A stretch of DNA of 64,000 nucleotides from Eledone cirrhosa (GCA_964016885.1 OZ024745.1:115754001-115818000); one strand, 5' to 3'; shown: positions 13,638 to 28,558, numbered from the stretch's first letter. Notes: generated by a model not told the origin, from the sequence alone. Translations and numbers: made by a program.

Positions 13638-13739
13638 ATCTTAAAATCCAAAAATAAACTACTTAACGATAGAATCGAACGATCATTATACTGCAACCAC
13701 AAGCTAAAAGCTAAATTCTCTCACTATAAAATAACTTAA
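13638..13739 (+). pseudogene. C-terminal remnant of a Naiad-like PLE ORF starting in (TA)n, followed by a 3' UTR running into the gap
   Basis: ILKSKNKLLNDRIERSLYCNHKLKAKF* aligns with LLNSKIERAIFCRHR (62977 ORF) and LLNKKSEVFATCQHR (59331 ORF). Confidence 0.7.
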
Positions 13740-14144
13740 CATTCGAACCCGTAACTATAACATTGCTTTCTAGCTAACCACCTTCTCTTCCCCCACACTT
13801 CAAGACAATACCCTGCTTATCACTATAAATGGTAACTTAGTGCGATTCGCAGTTTACTACTACGAACCCAAAGTTCACCCAACCCCATAGCTTTCGTCTG
13901 TCCCCTCTCTATCTCTCCCTCTATATCCATTCCACTCTCTCTCTCTCGCCTTTGACCTACCTCCCTCCCTCTCCACATCTATGAACCTGCCCTCTGGGGC
14001 AATAAATAATTCCAACCTTGACTATCAACGCATCGCTTAAGGTGGTCGCTTTAAGAGTAACCAGTATAATAAAACCCCTACATAACATTTGATTAAGATA
14101 TCTACAAACCACTCTCTCCTATTTCTCCAACCCCTGCATATCTT

Positions 14145-14344
14145 NNNNNNNNNNNNNNNNNNNNNNNNNNNNNNNNNNNNNNNNNNNNNNNNNNNNNNNN
14201 NNNNNNNNNNNNNNNNNNNNNNNNNNNNNNNNNNNNNNNNNNNNNNNNNNNNNNNNNNNNNNNNNNNNNNNNNNNNNNNNNNNNNNNNNNNNNNNNNNNN
14301 NNNNNNNNNNNNNNNNNNNNNNNNNNNNNNNNNNNNNNNNNNNN
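14145..14344. other. Assembly gap (200 N)
   Basis: Run of N. Confidence 1.
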
Positions 14345-14386
14345 AAGATATGTGTGTCTCTTGTGACTGCTGACGGCTATAAACTA

Positions 14387-14432
<46 letters not shown>

Positions 14433-14725
14433 CAGCTGTGATTCTTTAACCAATCATGAAAGTTTGAGGTGTAATATGTGATGGAAATTGAAAATTGGCG
14501 GACTTTATTCCTCTCCTTCAACCAAAGCAAATTACTAATGTATTTTCTTTTATTCCTTTCTTAGCAGTATCTCCACTGTTAGCACTGTCATCATAACCAA
14601 TACTATTATATTTCAATATAGATGATTATCAGTATAGTTTCTGTAGGCGGTCATCAAATCATTTGTAGTAGATGTACATATAAGTTTAGTATTATTCGGT
14701 TAATACTAATATATGTATTGATAAT

Positions 14726-14829
14726 TGTTTCTACTTTTAGGCACAAGGCCAGCAATTACCCAGTGTATTACTGGTACTTTATTTTATCGACCCTGTAAGG
14801 ATGAAAGGCAAAGTCAACCTCGGCGGGAT
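14726..14829 (-). mobile_element. 5'-truncated SINE family 1
   Basis: Family core; 17-bp TSD ATATATGTATTGATAAT. Confidence 0.85.
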
Positions 14830-15012
14830 ATATATGTATTGATAATGACAATGGAACACTGCTATAGCTGTTACGTGCGTGATCGTAAGATATGACTCCG
14901 GAATTGTGGGAACTACCAAACTGGTCCCTTACATACGGCTCGGAGAAATCTCTTTCCTAGAGCTATTTTATTGTAAGAGATAATTTTGAGTTTCTTACTC
15001 AATATATACCTT

Positions 15013-15075
<63 letters not shown>

Positions 15076-15079
<4 letters not shown>

Positions 15080-16362
15080 AGAGTATTGAAGTTTGTTTGA
15101 AGCATTGTGGAATAATAAAATATTTGGTCGTTTTGGAAGCCTCAACAATGCAAATGGGTAAATCTCCGGTTAACAGAATCCGGTGGTGAAGAAAGAGATG
15201 TAAGAGGAAATGTAGAATGAGATGTATAATGTGTAGAGGAACGTAGGAAAGAGCGTAAAAATAAAATATAATAACACGAGATAGAGTTACCTTGGGAGAG
15301 ATTTAATTGTCCCTATATTTCGGATTTCGCATCCATCAACTGGGGGATTTTTCCGAGGGAGAAAGTTATCTGTCGGAGAGGAACGGTACGTGGCCTCTGT
15401 TTTCTGCCGTTTGTGTGTAACTGAGATATTCTGTAGAGCGCACGTGCGCGCGGAATAGGAGCAGTCAAGCAAAGGTCGGGGCAGTTCCTCTTTATTATGG
15501 GAGTGGGATAGTGCTAGCTGTCAATCCATTATACTACCTATATTCAGTCTTTGTTACAGGCAGTTGTGGCAGTCTGCATGGTCGCTTGTTGGTCGGTGGA
15601 TGGTGGGGGCACTATACACGCAATAACAATTGTTCGAATGCCACTGCGTGTGTGTGTGCGTGTGCACATCAACAGCAGAGCCTCGCCTTTCCGGAAACAA
15701 AGAAGGAAGGCCCATTGTCACAGTGCTAGCGACAGAACGCAACGTCGGCACTTTACGAATCAAAGAAGCACTTTGGATCAAACGCCTAGAACCACAAATA
15801 AATAACCGATCCGAGAGAAGCGAGACGAGGTGGCTGGTGTAAACAAACGAGACAACACCACACGCACAGACACACACAGTGGCATTCGAACAATTGTTAT
15901 TGTGTGTATAGCGCCCCCACCATCCACCGACCAACAAGCCACCATATAGACTACCACAACTGCCAGTAACAAAGCCTGAATATAGGTAGTATAATAGACA
16001 CCTAGCACCATCCCACTCCCACAATAAAGTGGAACTGCCTCGACCTTTGCTTGACCGCACCTATTTGCGCGCACGCGCGCTATACAGAATATCTCAGTTA
16101 CACACAAACGGCGGAAAACAGAGGCCACGTACCATTCCTTTTCGACAGATAACTTTCCCCCTCGGAAAACCCCCAGTTGATGGATGCGAAATCCGAAATA
16201 TAGGGACAATTAAATCTCTCCCAAGGTAGCTCTATCTTGTGTTATTATTTTTATTTTTACGCTCTTTCCTACGTTCCTCTACAAACTATACATCTCATTC
16301 TACATTTCCTCTTACATCTCTCTCTTTACCAGCCGATTCTGTTACCCGGAGATTTACCCATT
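15076..16362 (+). mobile_element. 5'-truncated Penelope/Poseidon-like element with inverted pLTR
   Basis: GIY-YIG C-terminus VTVLATERNVGTLRIKEALWIKRLEPQINNRSE (to 15842); ~500-bp diverged inverted arms about 15155-15670 and 15855-16362; left flank (TA)n. Confidence 0.8.
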
Positions 16363-16494
16363 AAGTGTGAAAGCAGCGATTCTTTGCTTAAACTTTAATC
16401 TGTTTTTTTTAAAAATAAATATTTGCTCTATGGTTCTTATATATCTGATATATATTTATCCTCTTTGGATTTTAATGTTCAAATTTATTATTAT

Positions 16495-16530
<36 letters not shown>

Positions 16531-16661
16531 CATAAGACGGAAGTTTTACGAGCCTTTTCTAACTAAAAATATAGTAAATAATACAATTGAAAAGATCTTG
16601 AAATTCACTTCCTTGTGGAGTTACCCCCAAAATGTCTTCAATGTCTGAGAGCCAATAAAGA

Positions 16662-16868
16662 TAATTTTTACTTTAGGCACAAGTCCAGCAATATATGGAA
16701 GGTCAAAGTCGATTAAATCGACCCCAGTACTTTATTTTACCGATCCCATAAGGAGAAAAGGCAAAGCTAACCTCGGCAGGATTTGAACTCAGAACGTAAG
16801 GGGCCATAACTCTATGCTGCAAAGCATGTACTCCGGCGCCCAACCGATTCTGCTAATCCATCGCCCTT
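16662..16868 (-). mobile_element. SINE family 1 (older variant)
   Basis: Family core and B box (GGATTTGAACTC on plus). Confidence 0.8.
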
Positions 16869-17616
16869 ATAATAATGATAATCATAATTCCTAAGATAGG
16901 CCAAATACTAGAAATTGTATTTTAGGGGTAGCTTATCCCGTTGGCCTTGATTTATATTATTGAATATTGACTGAGATTTAGCTATGTCAATATAACGGAA
17001 GAACCTGTTTAAGTTACACTTAGTGCTGCTATTTGCAATCATAACATTTCATTAAAGAATGGAAAACGTACGCTAGGAGTAAGATTGCCATTAAAAACGC
17101 ATATTTATATTAGGAAACATTTTCCATTGAATTACGAGTTTCAATTATTTCTTGGGTTATAGAAAACAGAAAAGGTTAAGTAAACATTGTTTCGGCTGCA
17201 GAAATATATGTATACATGTCTCTTCCTCTCCCTCTCACTTTCATCACACAAAGACTCATACAGACAGACACAGACACACAGAAAGACACACACACACATA
17301 CATACACAAAGACATGCAAATACACAAAGACAGACACACAGACACACACATACAGAGACATACACTCACATACAGACACACACACACTCGCCCTCTCTCT
17401 CTTTCATTCTCTCTGTCTATATATATAGTTATACCTTTATATTTAGTGGGTTACCACAGGATAGGACTGGTCAGTTTACCCCTTTTTTACAAGGTTTTCT
17501 AATACAATCTCTTTTATTTTAAACTTTTGTTTTAATGTAGTTTGTATGTAATGGATTTCTCCTAATTCATTTTCATTCCTTTATTTAACACCCAACATTC
17601 ATTATATATTTTGGCA

Positions 17617-17802
17617 GGGCGGGTGATTGGCAGTATCGGTAGAGGGTCGGACGCCATGCTTTGCAGCAGAGTTACTGCCCTTTATGATCTGAGTTCAAAT
17701 CCCACCGAGGTTGACTTTGCTTTTCATCCTTACGGAGTTGATAAAACAAAATACCAGTAATGCACTGGAATAAATGCTGGCCTTGTGCCAAAAGTAGAAA
17801 CA
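17617..17802 (+). mobile_element. SINE family 1, full length
   Basis: A/B boxes; 13-bp TSD ATTATATATTTTG. Confidence 0.9.
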
Positions 17803-17985
17803 ATTATATATTTTGTGAAACACTTTATAAACTCGTTTGGACGTTTTCTAGATTTGTATAAACCTGACCTCCATATCTACTAACCAGAACTTGCCCACCG
17901 TTAGCTGGATATGGCCAGTATATATTCACACAGAATATATGACCCTCACCGCCGTCGCTATGGTCAGACTAGCTATCATTATTTG

Positions 17986-18085
17986 TAGTTGACTTTGCCT
18001 TTCATCCTTACGGGGGGTCGATAAAATAAAGTACCAGTAATGCACTGGGTGATTGCTGGCCTTGTGCCAAAAGCAGAAACAATTA
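17986..18085 (+). mobile_element. 5'-truncated SINE family 1
   Basis: Family core and tail; ATTATTTGTA flanking duplication. Confidence 0.8.
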
Positions 18086-19404
18086 TTTGTATGGTATAAC
18101 AACAGGTTATATGTCACAAACATACTAGTCCCACACCGACCCTAGTGGAGCCTACCAAATCCACAATACTTTGTATTGACTAGCTAGCTGTCCGTGGATT
18201 GTCTGCGGCAACAATAATACCTTGGTCGCAGGCCATCTCTGAATTAAATATTTTTTCTATATTTTCTCTGTTTGTATTTGCCGTAATTCCTTTATTGATT
18301 AACCAATTATGCAATCTAAACCTGATGATGTCGCCAGATTCTTACGTAACCAGGCCGTTGAAATATATATAGTGTTTGAACATACGAAATAAATATCGTT
18401 GTCCATCGAACAATCAGGCACTGTATGGTAGCTAATTAGCAAAAACAGTTTATTCTATCTCCCGCAGCAAATGTATTTCACTACTGACCCCTCTAAAACA
18501 ACGAGTAACTGAAACCATTGCCATCTGCATATTCCTACATAGCCATTACAAACGAATTCTCCAAACACCATAATTGTATGGCAAGCTTTCATAGGTTATC
18601 TAGACAAGAACACTACTACTGGAAGCTGAATATTTTGACTCCAGCACCGAAAGCATACAGAACTTGAACTGCTTAAGAAGCGGTATTGGATCTGAGAACA
18701 TAAAGAACCGGAATAAATCTCACAAAGGTATTGCGTTCGACACTTGAATTAGTTCTCCAGCAGTAGATGGTGTAATCCATGAAATACTGGACAAATTACC
18801 TGCAGTATATATTTAGTAGCCTAATCAGATTTAAAGCTCACTGTAACCGTTATTGCACTATGAGAGTCACGAAGTGGAATATTTCCTGCTATTTTAAACA
18901 ATTTCTTAAGCTCATACCCACAAGGTATGAACAGTAATTCCGATATCTTAAATAATTAGAAATTATATCGACCTTTACATTTTTTTAAAAAGTATATAAT
19001 CTATTTTACATTTGTTTTATATATAGACATTTCAAACTCTGCGACAATTTCTAGGCTGTCGTTTCCATCTTGTAATGGGTTCCAATGAAATTTAAATATC
19101 AATTCACTTGCAGGAAGATGAAGAGAGATGGGTTGGGAGATAGATTAAAGATATACGGCAGTTTTTGACTACTATTTTCTTGTTGTAATGTAGGAGCAGC
19201 TGTGTCTTGGAAAGTTTTGTATTTTCTTTCGGAAAGCTTAATGATATTGCTGTCAAGATAACTAAAGGTTAAATGATAAAAGTCTTCTTTTCGAAATAGT
19301 TCTTATCTTCTGTCTTGTAAAATTTCATTAAATTACTGATTATGTAGCGTTTTTCTCTCTCATTTGCTCTTGAAATGTTGTTCGCTCACAAAAGAAAGAC
19401 TGAT

Positions 19405-19609
<205 letters not shown>

Positions 19610-20004
19610 GTTAGAAAACAGGATTGAGTACCTTCCTCTTTTTCCCTTCCACTCACTCACTTCCCTCTCTTTCTTTCCTGAAATCTGTCCTTTGTCCCGT
19701 GTCACTGAGGTCATTTTCCATAGAAGTGGAGAGGTGTTAAGCTAGGAGCTGTTAACTTCTCATGGAGAAGTTCATATGTTACAGCAACAATTCAAGTACG
19801 GGTCGATGTGTAGTACAACAAAGAAGGAAAAGGAGAAGAGGTAAGTGAGTGAAAATGGCAAAAGTATTAGAGCAAGTTTCAATACGTGGTAGAGAAGTAT
19901 ACCATATTCCTTTAGCACTGTCGTGGAATCGGGGACTAGGTGTTAACTACACGAAAGCAAAAGAAGGTGGAGGGGATTGGAAACCCATTCGCTGAAACAA
20001 TACA

Positions 20005-20060
<56 letters not shown>

Positions 20061-20080
20061 GTGTGTATACACACACATCA

Positions 20081-20712
<632 letters not shown>

Positions 20713-20713
20713 T

Positions 20714-21145
20714 TTAGGTAGGTAGTCTGCCTCTTGCTGGTCTTGTAGGGCACGGGTTGCTAAGGTCATACGTATCTAGATAATCATTACTATAGGTAAG
20801 TTTAAGTAGGAGTCCCAGCTCACTGGTATCAATCCCACGGAATTCAACATTGCTCTCACTGATCATTTCTACGCATTTCTCCACAGCAAAATCCACGTCA
20901 ATGGATGGATATAGGGACACAAGATCCATACTACCTATTATACTATCTAGAATCCCCAGTCACTGAAGAGGTCACAGAATGTGTGACGAAAGAACTTTGA
21001 CAATATATGAACAATCGTCCGGTTATGGAACCAACCAACCAACCGAAAATTTATAAATTCTTAAATTTAATTTATAATAAATTTGAGTGAAACACTGGTG
21101 CGTGTGTTTCTTATTGGCAACATGACCCTCCCAAATATAACAATA
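20714..21145 (-). mobile_element. Neptune-like PLE RT fragment with inverted pLTR at its 5' side
   Basis: GSMDLVSLYPSIDVDFAVEKCVEMI homologous to the 36018-36326 ORF; plus-strand pLTR 20955-21145 homologous to 37650-37833. Confidence 0.8.
20959..21001 (+). ncRNA. Minimal type I hammerhead ribozyme
   Basis: GTCA-CTGAAGA-G-GTCACA GAATG TGTGAC-GAAAG-AA-CTT-TGAC. Confidence 0.75.
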
Positions 21146-21221
21146 TGTATATATATATATGTATATATATGTTTATATATGTATATATATATGTATATAT
21201 ATACGTATATATATGTGTGTG

Positions 21222-21253
<32 letters not shown>

Positions 21254-21263
21254 TGTATATATA

Positions 21264-21296
<33 letters not shown>

Positions 21297-21306
21297 GTAT
21301 ATATAA

Positions 21307-21389
<83 letters not shown>

Positions 21390-21749
21390 CATATACACAC
21401 ACATATATATATATATTTATATACATATACACACACATATATATATATATTGATATACATATACACACACATACATATATATATTTATATACATATACAC
21501 ACATATATATTGATATACATATATTTATATATAGGTATGTATATATATGCTAATATAAGACAATAGCAGATCTGGATTCCTCACCACCATTAACACTTTA
21601 CCTCTAGGTCTTATCAGCATATAATTACCCCACAGCATCACACTCTATGATCAGCTCATTCCTCTACTTAACCCCTATTTATCTCTAACCATATACTCTA
21701 CAATAACTATTAGGAATAAACATAAGGTTACCACCATTTAATATAATTA

Positions 21750-23215
21750 CTATAGCTTACTTATATTTTATTCAGTAATGTATAGATAATAATACAATGA
21801 GACCTTTAATGTATTATAGGAAAATAAATTATATTTATAATCAAATATATAAATTATTAGCATTATATATATAAGGGATTCACTTATAACATAGTATAAA
21901 GTATGTTAATAACACAAGAGGTTTAACTAATTGGACCTGTAAACAACTATACATTTTTCTATAGCTTACTTATATTTTATTCAGTAATGGATAGATAACA
22001 ACATAATGAGATCTTTAATGTATTATAGGAAAATAAATTATATTTATAATCAAATATATAAATTATTAGCATTATATATATAAGGGATTCACTTATAACA
22101 TAGTATAATGTATGTTAATAACACAAGAGGTTTAACTAATTGGACCTGTAAACAACTATATATTTTTCTATAGCTTACTTATATTTTATTCAGTAATGGA
22201 TAGATAACAACATAATGAGATCTTTAATGTATTATAGGAAAATAAATTATATTATAATCAAATATATAAATTATTAGCATTGTTCGGACGCCATGCTTTG
22301 ACGCATAGAGTTACGGCCCTTGCCATTCTGAGTTCAAATCCCGCCGAGGTTAACTTTGCCTTTCATCCTTACGGGGTCGATAAAATAAAGTACCAGTAAT
22401 GTACTGGGTAATTTTCTGGCCTTGTGCCAATAGTAGAAACAATTATATATAAGGGATTCACTTATAACATAGTATAATGTATGTTAATAACACAAGAGAT
22501 TTAACTAATTGGACCTGTAAACAACTATACATTTTTTCTATAGCTTACTTATATTTTATTCAGTAATAAATAGATAACAACATAATTGTTTCTACTTTTA
22601 GGCACAAGGCCAGCAATTATCCAGTGCATTACTGGTACGTACTTTATTTTATCGACCCCGTAAGGATAAAAGGCAAAGTCAACCTCGGCGGGATTTGAAC
22701 TCAGATCGTAAAGGGACGTAACTATGCTGGAAAGCATGGCGTCTGACCCTCTACCGATACTGCCAATCCACCGCCCTCATAATGAGACCTTTAATGTATT
22801 ATAGGAAAATAGATTATATTTAAAATTAAATATAAATAAATAGCATTATATATAAGTCGATAAAATAAAGTACCAGTAATGCACTGGTTAATTGCTGGCC
22901 TTGTGCCTAAAGTAGAAACAATTATATATAAGGGATAAATGGTGGATTGGCAGTATTGGTAGAGGGTCGAACTCCATGCTTTGACGCATAGTTACGGCCC
23001 TTGCCATTCTGAATTCAAATCCCGACGAGGTTAACTTTGCCTTTCATCCTTACGGGGTCGATAAAATAAAGTACCAGTAATACACTGGCTGATTGCTGGC
23101 CTTGTGCCAAAAGTAGAAACAATTATATAAAAGGGATTCATTTGTAACACAATATAATGTATATTAGCAAAAGGAATTTAACTAATTAGAGCTGTAAACA
23201 ACTATACATTTTTTT
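21750..23215. repeat. ~209-bp tandem array (about 4 units) interrupted by four SINE insertions
   Basis: Unit start TATAGCTTACTTATATTTTATTCAGTAAT at about 21751, 21960, 22169, 22539; SINEs at about 22283-22445, 22587-22776, 22856-22925, 22940-23125. Confidence 0.9.
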
Positions 23216-24766
23216 CTATTTTTTTCTATCATATACAAATTAATCCCTAATTACCTCCCTTTTCACATTAGCTCCCCCTTAATATAGATCTCAAACTCAG
23301 TTCCGGAAATTAAACCGTTAGAAGAATCACTCCAGAATAACTCGAACCCGGAATAACACTATAATAGGACCAATATACAATCCATAGCTGTATCTTATTA
23401 TAAACGCTCAATAAAATATAATATAACCAATGTAATGGAAAAGATAACAATAATAATAATACTCTCAACACATGCACATTTGAACATTACAGAAACAATT
23501 GTTCTTTGAATAAATAATGAATGAATATTACATAATTTATGTACTAAATTTCGTAACTAAATTTCGTAAACATAAATAATTTAAAATTGACTTCTTTTCA
23601 AAGTTTCAAATGTCTACACCTCCGGTATATCGTCGCCACCACCACTTCAACAACCATATATATAGAAAGAGAGTTTGTGTGATGAGACAGATAGGGATAT
23701 TATGATTTTCTACACGCTGACATGTATGAGTGTGCGCATACATACATCTATATGTATGATTATATAAATATATATATATATATATGTATATTATTTAGAA
23801 AACGTGCGTGAAATCACGGACACAGGACAATTCCAGCTCATCGACATACACACTTGTATTATACACACACACAGGCTCTAGATTTATGTAAATATATACA
23901 GTATATTTACAGTAAAAGAGAGAGAAAAAGAGATGAGATGGAAGGGTGATTGAGAGAGAAAGGGAAGAGATAGAAAGAAAGATATAGTGGTATATAGATA
24001 ACAGTTTTAACAGATACAATTTTCAAACCTGTTACAGTGAGAAGCAAGGAAATAAAGTTATATATAAATTATTAGTGTTCCTATGATAGACGAACACTGG
24101 CAAATAGATTATTTACATTTGCCTAATATCGGGCTTGATTCTCTCACGGTCGGTGATATTTACAAGGACGGTAGTCGGAAATTATTGAACGTGTATCTCA
24201 TTACCTCGAGGTAGACGCCAACATCTGTTTTCGAACGTTTATTTACTGGAAAAAGTGTTTATTTAGAATCGTTATAAATGTCTTCTTCTGTGGCTGTGGT
24301 AGGAGTGAGGAGTTATATTTAAAAAAAAGTGACACCCATTTCGCCTCAAGAATATTAAACAGGTCTTTGAATATTTTGTAAACATGAGCATGAATTTAAG
24401 TAAAACACATTTGACAATTCGGAAGGAAAATATTGATCATACTTGAAGAAGCAAACACAAAAACAGCAACAAAAAAATAACGGAGTAAACAGGAAATCTT
24501 TTGTTAAGGTTTTCTGCGAAGCGTAATTATGAATATAAGTTTATTCGTATAAATAACACACACAAAAATTAAAAGAAATATATTTTGCATAGATACGTGA
24601 CGAAAACTGGCTATGAAAAAAAAAAGGGCGAGGAGCTATATTACATACGCTTGTCTATTAAAAAGACTGGTTACCAAGACTAGTTTTCAGAAACTCCTAA
24701 ATCATAAAAAAAGCACTGTTTGATACACATATTATTGGGGTCACATCTATTGTGAAAGTGCATATA

Positions 24767-24996
<230 letters not shown>

Positions 24997-25005
24997 TATA
25001 TATAC

Positions 25006-25072
<67 letters not shown>

Positions 25073-25324
25073 TTCAAAATATTAACAAAATAGATATTCT
25101 TGTGATCAATTATATTTTATTATACATATTTCAGAGGTACTGAGTTAAGTTCAACAGTACGTCCTCATCAGATAAAATAAAATGATACATGACATACCCT
25201 GACATAGTAGATGGTTTACCGAACATTTATAATAATGTTCGATTTGTTTGTAAACAAACAGCCTGAATTACACCGTACAGTGTTCGGCAATCATCGTCGC
25301 CCTTTTGTTCAACACTGACACAGG

Positions 25325-25369
25325 TACGATGTACTAGTTTCAAGCTTATTAGCTATCGTCAGCATCGTA
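25325..25369 (-). ncRNA. Minimal type I hammerhead ribozyme (inverted copy)
   Basis: Reverse complement of 25780-25824 with one stem II loop change. Confidence 0.85.
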
Positions 25370-25779
25370 TACCTTTCTGTCGGATGATTGAAGGTTTGAA
25401 AGTATATATTTTCCTTATGCATATTAACGGCTGACCAGCCTATTTTGCATATCGACTGAGTTAGTCAGCCGGGCGTACCGAAAACGATAAATGGAAAAGA
25501 ATGAAACGAAATTTCATTTCTCACTCTTAGTACGGCTGATACCTAAATTTTAGTATGTATACGTACATACATATATGTGTACAGACGTACAGTAGTATGT
25601 ATATATATACATACATCTACACACATATATATATGTACGTATGGGTTTACATATATATATGTACGTATGGGTTTACCGAACATTTATTATAATGTTCGGT
25701 TTGTTTGTAAACAAACAGCCGTTAATATGCATAAGGAAAGTATATACTTTCAAACATTCAATCATCTGACAGAAAGGTA

Positions 25780-25824
25780 TACGATGCTGACGATAGCTCA
25801 TAAGCTTGAAACTAGTACATCGTA
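25780..25824 (+). ncRNA. Minimal type I hammerhead ribozyme
   Basis: TACGATG-CTGACGA-T-AGCT CATA AGCT-T-GAAAC-TA-GTA-CATCGTA: canonical core, 7-bp stem I, GUA site. Confidence 0.88.
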
Positions 25825-26174
25825 CCTGTGTCAGTGTTGAATAAAAGGGCGACGATGGTTGCCGAGCACTGTATATATTTGTATCAGTGCTCTGAAATAG
25901 CGATATATGTATATATGTATGAATGCATGTATAGTATATTTGATACTATACTATATTTTTATTTTAAAATATTTTGAAGACCATTCGCTATGAATTTTAA
26001 AGTAGTGACTATGTCACTTACTTAGTTTCGGCGAAAACAAAGGGAAGCAACCAATTGCCATTTCTCGCTCCTTAGCGGTTATCAAGATTGCAGATCCTCC
26101 CGCTTCCGTCGAGACTTATAGGAGCGGGATTCTTATAGAATTCCAGGGATGTTTAAAAGTTGATTAAATAGAGC

Positions 26175-26247
<73 letters not shown>

Positions 26248-27921
26248 GAACGGCAACAATAGCAGATTCTGACGTCTCTGCAGTACTGTCTGTAGCTACG
26301 AGAGTGGTCGAAAGACTCGTCTGGTTACCAAGACGAATCTTTGAAAAGAAAAGTGCTCTTCAGTTATAACCAGTGATACTAACGTTTTATGGCAATGGAG
26401 AGGATAATGGAATCAACCAGGGGGTGGCAAAGGTCTGGAAGACAATACAAAGAGAAATAAAGAAAAAATACATCAAGGAATACAATTGTAAACGCCCCCA
26501 ATAGGAAAGCAGAACAGGGCAGAAACCAAGACAGAAAATTGTTCGTTTAGTCAAAAGAGAGGTAACTCCCAGTTTTGAGGACATCAAACCAAGACTTGAT
26601 GAATTTCTTAAAAGAACTGCGAAGGTTAAAGAAATCATGACAGTATTAGGTTGTACCATTTTTGCAATATGGATTGAATGAATGGGCTTTGCTGGAAAAT
26701 AAAGTAAAAAGTATATTATTATTAGATCTATGGTTTTTGACTCTATGCTAGAAATATTGTAATGTTTTGAAGCTAGAAGATTGTCAGGCATTCACTATCT
26801 TCCACGAGATGGACCATAATGTTTTGCTTTCATTCTAGGGGTCATGTTCTTGGTCATATTTGTCTCTGTATTGTTTGTGCAGTCATTTACCATGTTCAAA
26901 TCAATTTATTCGAGATTCATTCTCCCTCTTGTATGTTTCTATTCAATCAGACTGTAAAACAAAATGGTCTTAAAGGCTTTCTGACCTAAAGAGAAAAAAG
27001 TGGGGTTAGAAAAGAATAGGGTCGAGAACAGAAAACATCTGAAATGCAAAGAAGAAACAAAAATAGAATCAAGATAACCAACGTAGAAACGGATATATTA
27101 ACAGGAGAGCCAAGGCAGCAACATATAGTTTTGCCTCCCTAGAGCACCGAGAAGCCGAAAGGTTTCTTCTTCCAAAGAAGCCCACAGTGCAGCTGTTCTG
27201 TTTCATAGTTCTGCGGTAATAGAGATAGGTTTGGATGCATATAAAGGAAAAAAGAATCAGAAAAGAATAGAAGGTGACTGAAAGAAATGAATCTAAACCA
27301 AAGACAAGTAGGATGTTTGAATTTCCTACAAATAGAAGCCAACGTCTATGGCATATATTTATCCGGCATCTTATTCGTTTTCACGTCGGTGTACCGGCAT
27401 ATTGAGTTCCCAATCAACTCAATCATGCTTGAGAATATACTTAGACATGTCACGGTGTAGGCAGACGGAAATGATGTGGTCGACTGTCTCAAACTAGTTA
27501 CATAGTCCTTTTGTTAGCATAATTGTTCATTGTTTTCATCTGTCTTTTTTATGTGATTAAACATTCCTTTTGTGCAGCTAACATTCACCTTTCTGTTTCT
27601 GTTTATAGTTTAGAAAATATTCAATACATTGTTTGCTTTCACTCTAGCTTACTTCCTCTCTGTCCAGTCTTGATCTTTATTTGCTTTACTGTTTTTGTCT
27701 TCGGGTTTCTTTCGGATATTTTAGAATTCAGCTTTGATTCGTCAGCCATTTTAGATGTCTCTGCTGTGTTATCACGATCTAAATAATTTACCTCAGTTTA
27801 GTTAATTTACAGTTTGTACTAATATGTTTTCTGATTTATTGTAAAAAGATTGTTTCTTTTTAGTCAGATTCTCTTTGCTTTCTTCTAAGTATGTTTATAG
27901 TCCTATTATTATTACCTTTCA

Positions 27922-28025
27922 AATCCCGCCGAGGTTGACTTTGCCTTTCATCCTTACGGGGTCGATAAAATAAAGTACCAGTAATGCACTGGGTAATTGC
28001 TGGCCTTGTGCCTAAAGTAGAAACA
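27922..28025 (+). mobile_element. 5'-truncated SINE family 1
   Basis: Family core; TSD ATTATTATTACCTTTCA. Confidence 0.85.
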
Positions 28026-28151
28026 ATTATTATTACCTTTCAATAATTTTCTATTATATTCAGATCCCACCTTCCTGATTGGAGGATATATATTTCAATA
28101 TCATGTAGTTAAGCGTTGGTGAATATGGCTTCGAAACGGTGTTTGTTGTCA

Positions 28152-28232
<81 letters not shown>

Positions 28233-28304
28233 TGTAGTTAAGCGTTTGTGAATATGGCTTCGGAACACTGTTTGTTGTTTCTCTCTCTCTCTCTCTGTGT
28301 ATAT

Positions 28305-28558
28305 GAAGGCGCATGGGTTAGTGGTTAAAGTATTGGGCTTGCAATCGAAAGGTTGTGAGTTCAATTCTCGGACCGGGTGATGTGTTGTTTCCTTGGGCAA
28401 GACACTTTATTTCACGTTGCTCCAGTTTACTCAGCTGTAGAAATGAGTACCGGCCTGTCCGCCCAGCCAGTGGGATGGCGTTATCTTATGGCTAAAACAG
28501 CACGACGTGCTGTGACCATCCGCGCCGACCGGCGCCCGACAGGCTGGTCGGTCAAGGT
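28305..28558 (+). mobile_element. SINE family 2
   Basis: A/B boxes, TCCTTGGGCAAGACACTTTATTTCACGTTGCTCC core. Confidence 0.8.

Larger units (their letters stand above)
25212..25873. mobile_element. Rearranged HHR-bearing element (A, inverted B, spacer, A, B)
   Basis: Direct repeat GGTTTACCGAACATTTAT...AAACAAACAGCC (25213, 25671); ~157-bp inverted pair 25277-25433 / 25717-25873. Confidence 0.8.

Noticed and set aside
19724-19840. AG...GTAAGT-bounded candidate host exon (similar case at 1359-1418)
   Set aside because: Stops in all three frames and no recognisable protein; a non-coding exon cannot be excluded
26390-27900. Possible L1/Tx1-like remnants on the minus strand (also an unassigned segment at 30135-30790)
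   Set aside because: Only faint motif resemblance; too decayed to call without a search
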